Origin: a virus
Virus record (IMG/VR): IMGVR_UViG_3300023179_000046
Location: 38,990 to 102,989 of that record
Length of the DNA: 64,000 bases
Direction: 5' to 3' (one strand)
Both the position numbers and the translations under genes were made by a program. The notes beneath the pieces were generated by a model. It made no database searches. It worked only from the letters and a program-made list of their open reading frames with translations, and was not told the DNA's origin. Numbering within the stretch: the first letter of the stretch is position 1; each line of letters starts with the position of its first letter. This document shows positions 39,196-49,009 of this stretch, piece by piece.

Positions 39196-40101
39196 TTAAT
39201 CTTCAACAGTAAACCCATAACGCTTACCAAGTTCGGTAAGAGTCTTAACACCCGGCTTACCATTTGCATCGTCACCAGAATAACCTAAAGACTTCTGCCA
39301 CTGAGAATAGGCAGCCTTAGTGCTTGCACCAAAATATCCATCAAAAGCCTTAGGATCAAATCCTGCTTCACGCAAGGCCACCTGAACGGCTGCAACCTGA
39401 CGGTTGCGAGACCCCGGCTGAACATTATTTACCCGCACCTTGCTAGCCGTAGTAATATTTTCTGGTACAGGAACAGGCTTAGGCGCAACAACAGGCTTAG
39501 GCAAAGGCTTAGGCGCGTTAACGGGGGGCTTAGGAGTTGGCTTTACAACATTAACAATTTGACCAACAATGGACACTGTACCATTGCTCTTAATCCCTAG
39601 GCGTTTCTGAACATTAAGAAAGTCATCAACGGTAGCGTTTTTACCCTGAGAACCCGGTGACCAGTTTTGAATAGCCTCAACATGCATTTCGTCTGCAAAC
39701 TTACCGGGAGTCCAGTCACCACCCCAACCAAAGACACGCTTACCGTCAGAGGTAACATACTTGTCTAGCAACTTGTGCATAGCCTTGTGTTGGGTTTCAG
39801 TCATGTGAATCTTACGGTCAGCCTTCAAAATGTCATAACGCATATCGGTAGCAACGCCGCCAGCGTGCTGACTAAATGCATCAACGGCGCGAGCCTTGCG
39901 ATAAGTCCATCCATCCAAAGGACCGTCCTTTAGAGGAATAACCTTTTTATTAACTTCTGCAAGAAATGCAAGGAATACTGGAAGTACTTCCTTACGCATT
40001 CTGATAGAAAGATTAGTACCCGGCACTTTGCCAACAGCCAATCTACTATCAAAGGGTTTTTCCACTGTAGGCCAACCGCCCACGGTGTATTCAGTCATCA
40101 T
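39196..40101 (-). CDS. Endolysin (M15-like peptidase plus PG-binding domain)
   Basis: S.HAGG.A.D, WGGDW...DEMHVE, Pro-rich linker, DGYFG..TK.AY..WQ. Confidence 0.88.
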   Translation of the reverse strand: MMTEYTVGGWPTVEKPFDSRLAVGKVPGTNLSIRMRKEVLPVFLAFLAEVNKKVIPLKDGPLDGWTYRKARAVDAFSQHAGGVATDMRYDILKADRKIHMTETQHKAMHKLLDKYVTSDGKRVFGWGGDWTPGKFADEMHVEAIQNWSPGSQGKNATVDDFLNVQKRLGIKSNGTVSIVGQIVNVVKPTPKPPVNAPKPLPKPVVAPKPVPVPENITTASKVRVNNVQPGSRNRQVAAVQVALREAGFDPKAFDGYFGASTKAAYSQWQKSLGYSGDDANGKPGVKTLTELGKRYGFTVED

Positions 40102-40121
40102 TACTCCTTAAATAATTTTTA

Positions 40122-40550
40122 TTATGTAGAACTTCTATTACCATATCCGGTACTAGGTTTGCCATCTTTTTGTGGTGGCGTATTATATGTTGAAACCCAT
40201 CCCGGTTCTTGTACCTCAGAAGAATTATCAATACCTAACGTACCCTTCTGAGCAGGGAAAAATACTCCATCCCAAATAGATAATGTTTTATTAACTGAAT
40301 TAGTTTCTGCATATTCGGAGGGAGTTTTAGTTGTTCTAACTTCCTGCCCCAATATGTCAGTCATTTCAACAATCATTAAATTGCGATGATCGTTGGCTTC
40401 CTTTTCAGTTTTATGGCATCCAACAACTTGACCTGTTCCGTCTTTTATAACGGCCCAACCACCCTGACAATCAGGAACATTGTATTCAACCTTAAACTCT
40501 TTACTGCCACCAAACATAAAGAGTTTTTTGATTTCATCATCATTTGTCAT
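40122..40550 (-). CDS. Hypothetical protein
   Basis: WAVIK...VVGCHKT..EA motif; extended -10 upstream. Confidence 0.75.
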   Translation of the reverse strand: MTNDDEIKKLFMFGGSKEFKVEYNVPDCQGGWAVIKDGTGQVVGCHKTEKEANDHRNLMIVEMTDILGQEVRTTKTPSEYAETNSVNKTLSIWDGVFFPAQKGTLGIDNSSEVQEPGWVSTYNTPPQKDGKPSTGYGNRSST

Positions 40551-40580
40551 ATTTTTATTATATCATCATCAAGAAAAAGA

Positions 40581-40697
40581 TTGCGAGGGGCGGAAATTCC
40601 ACAGCACAAAATAGCGCATAACTTCTGTCATATCGCTCCCGTGGATAATTTGCCGGACATTGTAACTATATCCACCCTAAGGTTTTTCCCCTCGCAA
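40581..40697 (-). ncRNA. Unassigned structured RNA candidate
   Basis: 10-bp closing stem TTGCGAGGGG/CCCCTCGCAA, internal GTGGATA/TATCCAC and AGCG/CGCT stems, U-rich run after it on the minus strand. Confidence 0.5.
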
Positions 40698-40706
40698 CCT
40701 CGCGCA

Positions 40707-41237
40707 TTAATGGGTTTGATCCCTCACATCTAAAATGTTTAATGCCTGTGTACTTTTTAAGTACACCGCCCCGGCTATTAATTTTTCAACCCTGTCATCA
40801 GCATGACCTAACATTCTATTGCATGGGCCACACAGCAAGCCCCTTACACATTTATCACAACCAGTCTCACCGGGACAACAAGCATGGTCGTGATCTATTT
40901 CAGCAGCGGGACCAACCTTACAAATCCAGCACTTACCATTATGCAAATTAAATAAAGCATCATACTTTTCTTGCGTCAAGCCATGCTTTCTGATTCTAAT
41001 AAGTAATCTGTTCTCTTTTTTGTAAATACTAGACTGACTTCTAACAAATTCATGATTTCTTTGGTAGTAATCTCTATATTTTTCACGACGGCACTCCCGG
41101 CATTGAGATTCAGGCTCGCCCTTTTTCTTATTGAAATCCTGATAGTATTTAATCAAGCCACAGGCTGTACATTGTGCCCGCAAACCATCATTAAATCGCT
41201 TAGTACCCTGAGTACCTATCTTTGAATCTTGTGTCAT
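40707..41237 (-). CDS. Endonuclease VII-family HNH homing endonuclease
   Basis: CWIC...IDHDHACC....CDKCVRGLLC..CN..LG. Confidence 0.9.
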   Translation of the reverse strand: MTQDSKIGTQGTKRFNDGLRAQCTACGLIKYYQDFNKKKGEPESQCRECRREKYRDYYQRNHEFVRSQSSIYKKENRLLIRIRKHGLTQEKYDALFNLHNGKCWICKVGPAAEIDHDHACCPGETGCDKCVRGLLCGPCNRMLGHADDRVEKLIAGAVYLKSTQALNILDVRDQTH

Positions 41238-41262
41238 GTTAACATTCTACCTTATCCATCTA

Positions 41263-41339
41263 TGGTACGGCGTCAGGTTACTGCCACCTGCTCTAAAATA
41301 CTTATAAGATATTTTCTGACCACTAGCCAGCCACGCCGC
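41263..41339 (-). tRNA. tRNA-Ile(TAT)-like gene with atypical T loop
   Basis: Acceptor GCGGCGT/ACGCCGT+ACCA, D arm CTGG/TCAG, anticodon loop CTTATAA, T arm CAGGT-GGCAGTA-ACCTG. Confidence 0.75.
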
Positions 41340-41351
41340 TCAGTCATCTAA

Positions 41352-44261
41352 CTATAAAACCGTAAAATTGTCAACAAAATTCATACCATCATCTTCATAT
41401 CCAGAGTTAAAATAGTCCCTCAAAGACTCTGGCATACCCTCTGATCTATGAGGTAACTCTATCACATGAGGATTTTTAGCCGCAAACGTTTCTTCCTCAT
41501 AGTCGTCATAAGAATCATAAGTGTGAATCCTAATTTCACGATCAAGGTCGGGGGGTGTCAGACTTATAGCATTATAGATAGCCCCGCAGGTAGCGTCAGC
41601 CAAGTCCTTAGAACCCGTCCTTGGGTGGTCAACCTTATCCTTAACAATTCTGAGTTTTAGCAACTCATTAATTAGAATGTCATTGTGTGGACCGTTAACT
41701 CTTTCTTCCATGACAACAAGAGCCATATCCTCATAATGTTTCTTAGCGACAGAAAGAATTTCACAATTCATTCCATAAGCCTTTAGTTGCTGCATCATAT
41801 CGTGAGAATTCCAACGGTCAAAAGTCACCCGCCCAATATTAAAACCACGTTGCTGCAAAGAAATAATATAGTTTTTAACCTCTGTAAAGTCTACGCTCTT
41901 GTCAGACTTAGGTGTCCACCATCTGATAGCATCGACTATTACGAACGGGGCAGCCTCAGATACTTGATCGCCAACCTTAATATGCTTCCATTCCTCAACG
42001 TGAGCCATAGTCACCGCACAGCGGTCGTGCTTTTGTGCAAGGTCAACATGGACATAATAAATCTTGCCGGGTAGGGGATTAAACCATTCTTGGAATCTCC
42101 ACTGTTCATCAAGATTGGGGTTAAGGTTAGAGAAGGCCTTCTCAATCTTCTCCCGCGATTTAAAAAATGCATCTACCGAATCGGGGGGCATACACGCAAA
42201 ACGGCTTAGAGCATCCGTAGGGTCCGTAAAGAACGCTAACGTAAAGTCCTCTATCTTTCTAGTGGGATTAATTTCCCACGTTGGCCTTTTAAGAGCAAAG
42301 ACACGGGGCCGGGAGTAGGCTTGAATATGATCTTCTTCCCACTCAATAGAAAACAAATTACTCTCTATGTCATCAGGCAAGTCAGGATCAATCTTAAAGG
42401 TATGAGTCCTAACTATGACCTCTTTAGTGTCAACTACTTCCTCATACCTACGCTGAATATAGTCACCCTTGTAGCGCGGGAAAGAAAGCAAGACAACCTT
42501 ACCATAGTCAGGGAATCGTGAATCAACAGAGCCGCGATACATCTTATAGATAGCGTCTGCGGTTTTAGCGTTTTCGTTTCCAGAAGTAGTCTCTATATCG
42601 AAACCTGAAATTTCGTCAAGGATGACGAGGATGACGTTGTAGCCCTCCCATGATTCTCTCTGAGAGTGTCCTGAGTGTACGGTAATAGCCTTATCAAATT
42701 CAATAGAAGTGGCCTTTGAATCGTACCGGCCTTGGAACCAAGGGCAGCGCACAATAAGGTTTTTGAAACCTTTAAAGAACACACGGTTAGCCTGCACAGC
42801 GTTAATAGCAATATTGATAATGTCAATAGCGTCACCGGGCGGCTTGCCGTAATATTTAGCAGGATCTTTTAGACACAACAATAAATAAACTATATAGCAG
42901 CAGGCGATGGTTGATACAAAGTCCTTGCCTGAATTTGCAGAAATCATCCCATTACCAACAAAGTTACCAGTGTCGGGTACAGTTAATGTCCAATAATCAC
43001 CAACGCCTATTTTCTCAATAGACACTATTTTGTCATAATATAAATTATTTTCTATTCTTTTATATACCCTACCTTGTTTTTTATCTATAGAAACATTTTT
43101 ATGGTCTAGTAGACTAATAACATTAAAAAATTTATCTATACATTCTTGGCTAGACACAGTAACATATCCCGCCTCTGATGCATTATCAAAATTTGATTTA
43201 GGAGTTCTAAATCTTATTCCAGCAGGGACGCCTATTCTAAGCAGAGCGCGTTGCACATCAATACAAAGTTGCCTAGAAATAGACACAAATTCCGCAGTTG
43301 TACCATTCTTTTTGTATACGCAACCATCTGTTTGCCACAATTTAGATAGGGTAGCCGCGAGGACATTGTTGTCTGAGTTCCACACGGCATCCGGTATTTT
43401 TTTGTTGCCTGAACGAAAATTTATCATCCCATACTGGACTGCAAGCGCGACAGCATTTGACTTTGTTCCATGCCTAAAGAATGTAAGATTTTTTGTCTTG
43501 TGTGTGGTTTTGGTTGGCTCATCACCGATAAACTTACAAAGTTCTTCGTATCTTTTAATGCTTTCTACTTCATCCGAACAAAAATCCATATTGATAATCA
43601 TGTTATGTTCAGCAGGCAGCATCCCGTCACCAAGCCAATATCCAATAAGTTCAGCATGTTCAATGGGAATATTTTTTGGATTAACAACATCTAGGCCTAA
43701 GCCTAAGGCAATTCTATCTCCAACATTAAGTTTATTTATAGTCTCATAGGAAGGACTATATCCACGGTGTCTTTTATAAAATTTAGATTTTTTGTAAGAT
43801 AGATATTTATGTTCAACAAATACATCTTCTTCCCATCCCAAGGAAGTCTTAACCCTGACCATATCCCCCGTGCCAACCTTAAATGCTTCCGTGGCATAAT
43901 GAACAATACCATCATCTGAAATAACAGAACCATCTGCCACAACCTCATCTAGACGATTCCAATTGCCAGTAAGAGGATTATATATCGGAGTATAGGGTGC
44001 GTTACACCCTTTACCAAGTTGGAAAATAATCTCATTACGAGTCTCAGTATATTTACGAGAACCTTCTTCCTCCCCGTAAAGTTTAATTAAAGTTTCTTTC
44101 TTATAAATTTGAGACATAGCCTTAATCATCTGGAACTGATAATCAGAAAGAGGCGGGAGCGACAAGAATTCCTTAGACATTACGAATTCTTCAATTAGTA
44201 CTGGCTTTTCCTCAAACTCATCACCATCAAGAAGGCCAAGGAAGTCATCAAATTCGCTCAA
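41352..44261 (-). CDS. Terminase large subunit with intein
   Basis: Walker A LGKG|SGKD split by the intein, Walker B VILDE, nuclease HVDLA, DHP..GSKDLADA. Confidence 0.95.
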   Translation of the reverse strand: MSEFDDFLGLLDGDEFEEKPVLIEEFVMSKEFLSLPPLSDYQFQMIKAMSQIYKKETLIKLYGEEEGSRKYTETRNEIIFQLGKGCNAPYTPIYNPLTGNWNRLDEVVADGSVISDDGIVHYATEAFKVGTGDMVRVKTSLGWEEDVFVEHKYLSYKKSKFYKRHRGYSPSYETINKLNVGDRIALGLGLDVVNPKNIPIEHAELIGYWLGDGMLPAEHNMIINMDFCSDEVESIKRYEELCKFIGDEPTKTTHKTKNLTFFRHGTKSNAVALAVQYGMINFRSGNKKIPDAVWNSDNNVLAATLSKLWQTDGCVYKKNGTTAEFVSISRQLCIDVQRALLRIGVPAGIRFRTPKSNFDNASEAGYVTVSSQECIDKFFNVISLLDHKNVSIDKKQGRVYKRIENNLYYDKIVSIEKIGVGDYWTLTVPDTGNFVGNGMISANSGKDFVSTIACCYIVYLLLCLKDPAKYYGKPPGDAIDIINIAINAVQANRVFFKGFKNLIVRCPWFQGRYDSKATSIEFDKAITVHSGHSQRESWEGYNVILVILDEISGFDIETTSGNENAKTADAIYKMYRGSVDSRFPDYGKVVLLSFPRYKGDYIQRRYEEVVDTKEVIVRTHTFKIDPDLPDDIESNLFSIEWEEDHIQAYSRPRVFALKRPTWEINPTRKIEDFTLAFFTDPTDALSRFACMPPDSVDAFFKSREKIEKAFSNLNPNLDEQWRFQEWFNPLPGKIYYVHVDLAQKHDRCAVTMAHVEEWKHIKVGDQVSEAAPFVIVDAIRWWTPKSDKSVDFTEVKNYIISLQQRGFNIGRVTFDRWNSHDMMQQLKAYGMNCEILSVAKKHYEDMALVVMEERVNGPHNDILINELLKLRIVKDKVDHPRTGSKDLADATCGAIYNAISLTPPDLDREIRIHTYDSYDDYEEETFAAKNPHVIELPHRSEGMPESLRDYFNSGYEDDGMNFVDNFTVL
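42933..44006 (-). mobile_element. LAGLIDADG intein in the terminase Walker A motif (358 aa)
   Basis: Starts CNAPYTP; LIGYWLGDG and LWQTDGC; ends NFVGNGMISAN before Ser+1. Confidence 0.92.
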
Positions 44262-44782
44262 TCTATGACAATCCCTTCAACTTTATTAGAAGCAGAAGAA
44301 AGCCTCTTGGCAACCTCATACTTACAATGATCGCAGTTAGAAACAACATCTTTAAGAATGTCTGTAAGAATCTTTTGCTTACGTTCTGTTTCTACTACTT
44401 GTTGGGCTAGTTCAGAGTTTTCTAAAACCCCGGCCTTGTTGAGAGAATCAAGCCTCTTGCCCTCTATATCGGCAGCCAACTTTAAAGCCTGTACCTTTAT
44501 TCCGTACTGAGAATTGCTGTCTGCCTGCTCTGCCGTTTCCCATGCTTGCTGAATAAGCAAAGCATAGTGTTGATCGGCACCGGCAAGTGCTTCTCTTGCT
44601 CTCGTATGTATATTCTGATCGTTGTGAACAATTTCTTTCCATTCAGCAATCAACTCCATTACTAGGGCACGGGAAAATGATAATTTAGTTGCTATCTGTT
44701 TAGGATCTGAACCTTTTAATAATTCTTCAACTACCCGGTTCATATCGTCAAAGCGATCTTTTAATTCTATTTCTTTACTCAT
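44258..44782 (-). CDS. HTH protein, candidate terminase small subunit
   Basis: Directly upstream of TerL; N-terminal HTH, helical. Confidence 0.6.
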   Translation of the reverse strand: MSKEIELKDRFDDMNRVVEELLKGSDPKQIATKLSFSRALVMELIAEWKEIVHNDQNIHTRAREALAGADQHYALLIQQAWETAEQADSNSQYGIKVQALKLAADIEGKRLDSLNKAGVLENSELAQQVVETERKQKILTDILKDVVSNCDHCKYEVAKRLSSASNKVEGIVID

Positions 44783-45069
44783 TATATCTTCTTAGCAATA
44801 CTTTTCTTAGGAGTAACCACACCTTTAAGTTGATCCATATAAAATCCCCGCCAATGCCCTGTTTTCTTATCCATACAATCAATCCAAGTAACATCTAACT
44901 CTGAATTGTGAACCCACTTGTAGAATATAAAAGTGCCCCGCTGGTTTTTAATTTTAATTTCCATGCCGGGACGTATAATAATTTTTTTATAAGGAAGTTC
45001 TGTGTAAACAAAAATCTTTGGATTGTGACCGTAAGGCTTAGGTGCCTCTCCGGTCAGTTTCTTTCTCAT
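44782..45069 (-). CDS. Hypothetical protein
   Basis: Coupled ORF. Confidence 0.7.
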   Translation of the reverse strand: MRKKLTGEAPKPYGHNPKIFVYTELPYKKIIIRPGMEIKIKNQRGTFIFYKWVHNSELDVTWIDCMDKKTGHWRGFYMDQLKGVVTPKKSIAKKI

Positions 45070-45254
45070 GAGTACCCACCGTTACGGGTGGGACTCCAAA
45101 CTAGGCCGGGGCGATCCAATCCTCTAACTAACTTATAACCACACTCATGACAGTAAGCATTGTCTCGCTGTTCCATTGGTTGAAGCCTTTCTATCCGTTT
45201 ATCACAAGTAACACAAGTATATGTATAGGTAGGCACTTTATCTCCAATTGTCAC
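45066..45254 (-). CDS. FmdB-like Zn-ribbon protein
   Basis: PTYTYTCVTC...CHECG. Confidence 0.8.
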   Translation of the reverse strand: MTIGDKVPTYTYTCVTCDKRIERLQPMEQRDNAYCHECGYKLVRGLDRPGLVWSPTRNGGYS

Positions 45255-45633
45255 GCAATGCTATCTTATATAGTACCAGATAGCCTATCAAATCGTCAAT
45301 GGTATCCTCACCCTGATACTCATGGCCTTTCTTTATTCTGTTTAGTTTGTCATCAATGCGAGTAGAAATTTGGTCTAACGCTGATGATTTAGCAAAAACA
45401 TTAGATGGCTCTAAAGCAGAGTTGCCATAGGCGCGGTTCTTCTCAATCAATAAATTTTTAATATCATCACATACAGTAACAATTTCTCTTTCAGTATTAT
45501 TTCTGAGAGGTTCGTCATTAATATAAATATTATCTAATTTAGTTGCATCGAAATACTTTTTATTGATAGGATTAATGTTTCTAATTCTATCAGGATTAGA
45601 TACGTTAGAATCCATGAGCGGATTAGAGTCCAT
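45238..45633 (-). CDS. DUF1599-like nucleotide-modification-associated protein
   Basis: KN..YG.S...RIDDKLNRI...EDTI.DLIGY. Confidence 0.75.
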   Translation of the reverse strand: MDSNPLMDSNVSNPDRIRNINPINKKYFDATKLDNIYINDEPLRNNTEREIVTVCDDIKNLLIEKNRAYGNSALEPSNVFAKSSALDQISTRIDDKLNRIKKGHEYQGEDTIDDLIGYLVLYKIALRDNWR

Positions 45634-46672
45634 GAGCGTTACTCTCCTTTACACTGTTAGTTGTTACCTTAATGAATTCTGAAAAAAGTTGCAAGTCAGA
45701 CAGAGAATAGGTTCCAGAATAGGAGCAGCCGCTTGAAATTCCGGCGCGGAATTTGTCAAGAGTATCACCAAGACTACCCCTTAACAATTTCTCAGTAGAA
45801 ACACCCTCAACATAATTAGTTTTACCATAAGCCTTCTGTACTTCCTCGCTAGCCATACCACGAACCACCTTGTACGATTTACCGTCACGCTCCACAACCT
45901 TGCCGGGAGACTCATTATGAGCAGCGAGAGCATTACCTAGCATGACCGCATCAGCACCGGCAGCAAACGCCTTTGTAGCGTCACCAGAATTTCTAATACC
46001 ACCATCAGCAATAATAGACGTGGGGAGATTTAAACGCTCCTGCATTTCGTATACCTCCATGATAGAGGACAACGTAGGCATCCCATGACCAGTAGCAATA
46101 CGAGTAGTACACATACTACCGCCGCCAATACCCACCCTAATAGAGTCTGCGCCTGCGGCAGAAAGGGCTAAAAATCCATCCCAAGTAGAAACATTACCAG
46201 ACATAATGTGAACGTCTGGAAAGGCCCGCCTAATTTCTCTCACAGTGTTAACAGTCAAAACATTATGACCATTGGCAGCATCAACAAGAATAACCCTTGC
46301 ACCAGAAATAATTAAAGACTCAACCTTAGGCAATACAGATTGTGTGTTTGAAACACCAACGGCCGCCCCAACCATAAACTTTCTAGAAGCAACCTCGTTA
46401 ACATGCCAATTCTGCTCAGCGTCCTTAGCAAAACGATGAATTATGCCAAGGCCTCCGTACTGTGCCATAACTAAAGCAGCATCACTCTCACACACAGTAT
46501 CCATCGGGGCGGCGATGATCGGTAAATATAAATCAATCTTTCTGCTATCAAACCCAATAGACATCGACAAGTCAACGTCCCTACGACTAATTACATCAGA
46601 AGCCTTCGGGACTAATAGAATATCATCAAAGCATATGTTACTTTGCGTGTTATATAATTTCATGTTTACCAA
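45623..46672 (-). CDS. IMP dehydrogenase/GMP reductase family (no CBS domains)
   Basis: [37 protein letters not shown]. Confidence 0.92.
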   Translation of the reverse strand: MVNMKLYNTQSNICFDDILLVPKASDVISRRDVDLSMSIGFDSRKIDLYLPIIAAPMDTVCESDAALVMAQYGGLGIIHRFAKDAEQNWHVNEVASRKFMVGAAVGVSNTQSVLPKVESLIISGARVILVDAANGHNVLTVNTVREIRRAFPDVHIMSGNVSTWDGFLALSAAGADSIRVGIGGGSMCTTRIATGHGMPTLSSIMEVYEMQERLNLPTSIIADGGIRNSGDATKAFAAGADAVMLGNALAAHNESPGKVVERDGKSYKVVRGMASEEVQKAYGKTNYVEGVSTEKLLRGSLGDTLDKFRAGISSGCSYSGTYSLSDLQLFSEFIKVTTNSVKESNAHGL

Positions 46673-47343
46673 TCCTTTAGGGTTAAGTTTGGATCATTGA
46701 AAGGGGTTGAGAATTTTTCTTCTCCCGGCATACCGCCCCATTTTTTAACATAATATAATCTATTTTCTTCAAATTTGGCTGGCTTGACTGCCCAATTATC
46801 TATAATGTTGTTTTTATTAGGATTTTGAGTTGCCGAGCCATGATGAAAAATCTTTGCATCAGTATTAATTTTAATAGTAAGGCCTGCTAACTCTATGCGA
46901 CGCCTCATATCATTGTCCTCAAAGTAGGCGGGATAAAAATTTTCATCAAAATATCCGCATTTGAGAATTAATTTATTTAAATTAACCGCAAAACACGCAA
47001 ATGGCGAGAAGTACACATCGCTATGGGTTTCATTAATCAAGCCGTTGTTTTCTCTATCTTCAATCTGATCTGCGCCTATAACAACGTGTTCATTCATAGC
47101 AATACTATCATGTAATTTTTTAATTGTGTCTTTTCTAAAAACTACATCATCGTTGGATATGATTGCATAATCAAATTTATTTTTTTTTGCTATAACCATT
47201 CCATTATTCCATGCTGATGATACTCCACGATTATCATTCCAATTGTCCATAATGATAGGATGAATCGGATAGTCTACAGAATGAATTAATTCTGTAAAAA
47301 GATCAAATCTTTTTAACACAGGAACAATTAGAGCAACAGTCAT
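46666..47343 (-). CDS. GT2 glycosyltransferase
   Basis: GVS.AWN.G, ISNDD, FDENFYPAYFEDND; likely start MTVALIVP at 47343. Confidence 0.88.
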   Translation of the reverse strand: MTVALIVPVLKRFDLFTELIHSVDYPIHPIIMDNWNDNRGVSSAWNNGMVIAKKNKFDYAIISNDDVVFRKDTIKKLHDSIAMNEHVVIGADQIEDRENNGLINETHSDVYFSPFACFAVNLNKLILKCGYFDENFYPAYFEDNDMRRRIELAGLTIKINTDAKIFHHGSATQNPNKNNIIDNWAVKPAKFEENRLYYVKKWGGMPGEEKFSTPFNDPNLTLKDW

Positions 47344-47441
47344 TGAATATTTAACCATTCTGGACGTTTAAGAGTCCACTTGACTGTTCCTTCAAGAGAT
47401 TTCTTTAGCGGTACCGGCAGAATCCAGCCAGTTTCAGTCAT
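47340..47441 (-). pseudogene. C-terminal remnant of an NDP-sugar dehydratase (RmlB-like)
   Basis: TGWILPVPLKKSLEGTVKWTLKRPEWL resembles the GW.P...EE.L..TV.W....EW tail of extended SDRs. Confidence 0.55.
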
Positions 47442-48336
47442 TTGTTTTATTCATTCCTTTATTTATTATTTCTTCACGAACAATTCTACCGACTTCCCAT
47501 TCGTCATAAGTGCTAGAAAAAATAATTTTATTTCTATGGCTGACACCTGTATGTGGAGACAACTCAATATTTGCCAACAAGACAATCATAGTTTTATTTC
47601 CACAATTAAAATTGTATCTAGTCATTGCAAATGTACCGGGGCCACTACAATTAGTAACAATGATTTTGCATCCCTCAGAGATTTTAGCAACTTCTGGTAA
47701 AGGGTTATACCCGCAATTTTCAAAATTAGTCATATCGTTGGTATAAAAAATATTTTCTTTTTCTATCCCAATGCTTTGAGTACAAATAAAATTTACATTT
47801 TGAAATTCTTCTGCCAAACTTAAAATTGCACCCGGCATAGAATTTATTAAAGTCTGCCCCGACCACGGAGTACTATTGGCAAAAAATACAGAGTTGGGCG
47901 GCGCTTTATCATACTTCCCTAACATTTTACTAGTAATGTTTGGTACAGTTAACTCTGGATTGACAATACATTCTAAATGAAATCCAGTCTCTCTTTCTAT
48001 ATGATCTGCTATTGATTTCCACATGGGTATTTGATTTACAAAATTATGGTTACCACCGTCACCACCAATAAGTCTATGGTGTCCGACCCAGATATTAATG
48101 TAAAAAGTACTCTCGCCTTCATCCCAAAAAGAGGGGGGGTTTGACATAAGTCTAGGCCAATTAGTAATATGCTCAGACTTTAATCTGTCAATATTTACGA
48201 TGTGTGGGTCTCGTGAAGTAACTGCAACACACTCTATTCCAGATTTATCAAATTGTAAAAAGAAATTTTCAATAAAAGATTTGGCTAGGTGCCAATCTCC
48301 ATGATGCCATGAACAATAGAATACTACGCGCTTCAA
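47434..48336 (-). CDS. Hypothetical GT-like protein, distant paralog of 53787..54620
   Basis: Shared H.GD near the N-terminus, NS..SGQT/NS.ARSSQT, and A.(I/L)...CK motifs. Confidence 0.6.
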   Translation of the reverse strand: MKRVVFYCSWHHGDWHLAKSFIENFFLQFDKSGIECVAVTSRDPHIVNIDRLKSEHITNWPRLMSNPPSFWDEGESTFYINIWVGHHRLIGGDGGNHNFVNQIPMWKSIADHIERETGFHLECIVNPELTVPNITSKMLGKYDKAPPNSVFFANSTPWSGQTLINSMPGAILSLAEEFQNVNFICTQSIGIEKENIFYTNDMTNFENCGYNPLPEVAKISEGCKIIVTNCSGPGTFAMTRYNFNCGNKTMIVLLANIELSPHTGVSHRNKIIFSSTYDEWEVGRIVREEIINKGMNKTND

Positions 48337-48690
48337 CTAATCTCCCTTGATTATTCTATAACTATCATCATCAAAGTGTTGAGTAGAAAATTCAAACACT
48401 CTAGAGTTTTCTATACCAACAAGCATGTGCTTTAGGCCGGGGGGAACATTAAAAATCATACCGGGCTTTAAAACAATAGAACTAGAATTTTCTAAATAAT
48501 TGGACTCTCCATAGTACAGACAAACTTTACCAGTTTCAACATAAAAAGTTTCATCCTTTATTTTATGAAAATGCCAAGACATTTTTTTGTCCTTGTTTAT
48601 ATGAAGAATCTTTGCACAATACTTATTTGTATTTGTAAGGACTTCTTCATACCCCCATCCTTTATCAATGAAGCATTGCTCTACAATCAT
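48337..48690 (-). CDS. Cupin (sugar isomerase-like)
   Basis: KGWGYE, SWHFH..KDETFY, FEFSTQHFDDDSYR. Confidence 0.85.
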   Translation of the reverse strand: MIVEQCFIDKGWGYEEVLTNTNKYCAKILHINKDKKMSWHFHKIKDETFYVETGKVCLYYGESNYLENSSSIVLKPGMIFNVPPGLKHMLVGIENSRVFEFSTQHFDDDSYRIIKGD

Positions 48691-49007
48691 GACTCTCCAA
48701 AAAAATCTGTGTCTTTAATTGCCTTATCGTCCACATATACATCTGCACTAGGCTTGCCTAAAATCAATTCATGATACTTGCATCCCCACTCAAACAACTG
48801 AGATTCTGTAAGCCCTCTAAACATTATATCAGCAGCATCAGAATTATCCTTTAGCCTGCCCATGCCCCTAGCAGTATGATACACAATTACATTACCCTCA
48901 TCGTACAATTTATTTATTTGACTAATCCTGCTCATAATAGGGCTAGAGAGTTTATAATCATTAAATGAATTACATATAGTTCCATCAATGTCGAATACAT
49001 ATTTCAT
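48687..49007 (-). CDS. HAD-family phosphatase (capsule-biosynthesis type)
   Basis: FDIDGTIC, TARG, GKP.ADVYVDDKA. Confidence 0.88.
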   Translation of the reverse strand: MKYVFDIDGTICNSFNDYKLSSPIMSRISQINKLYDEGNVIVYHTARGMGRLKDNSDAADIMFRGLTESQLFEWGCKYHELILGKPSADVYVDDKAIKDTDFFGES

Positions 49008-49009
49008 TT

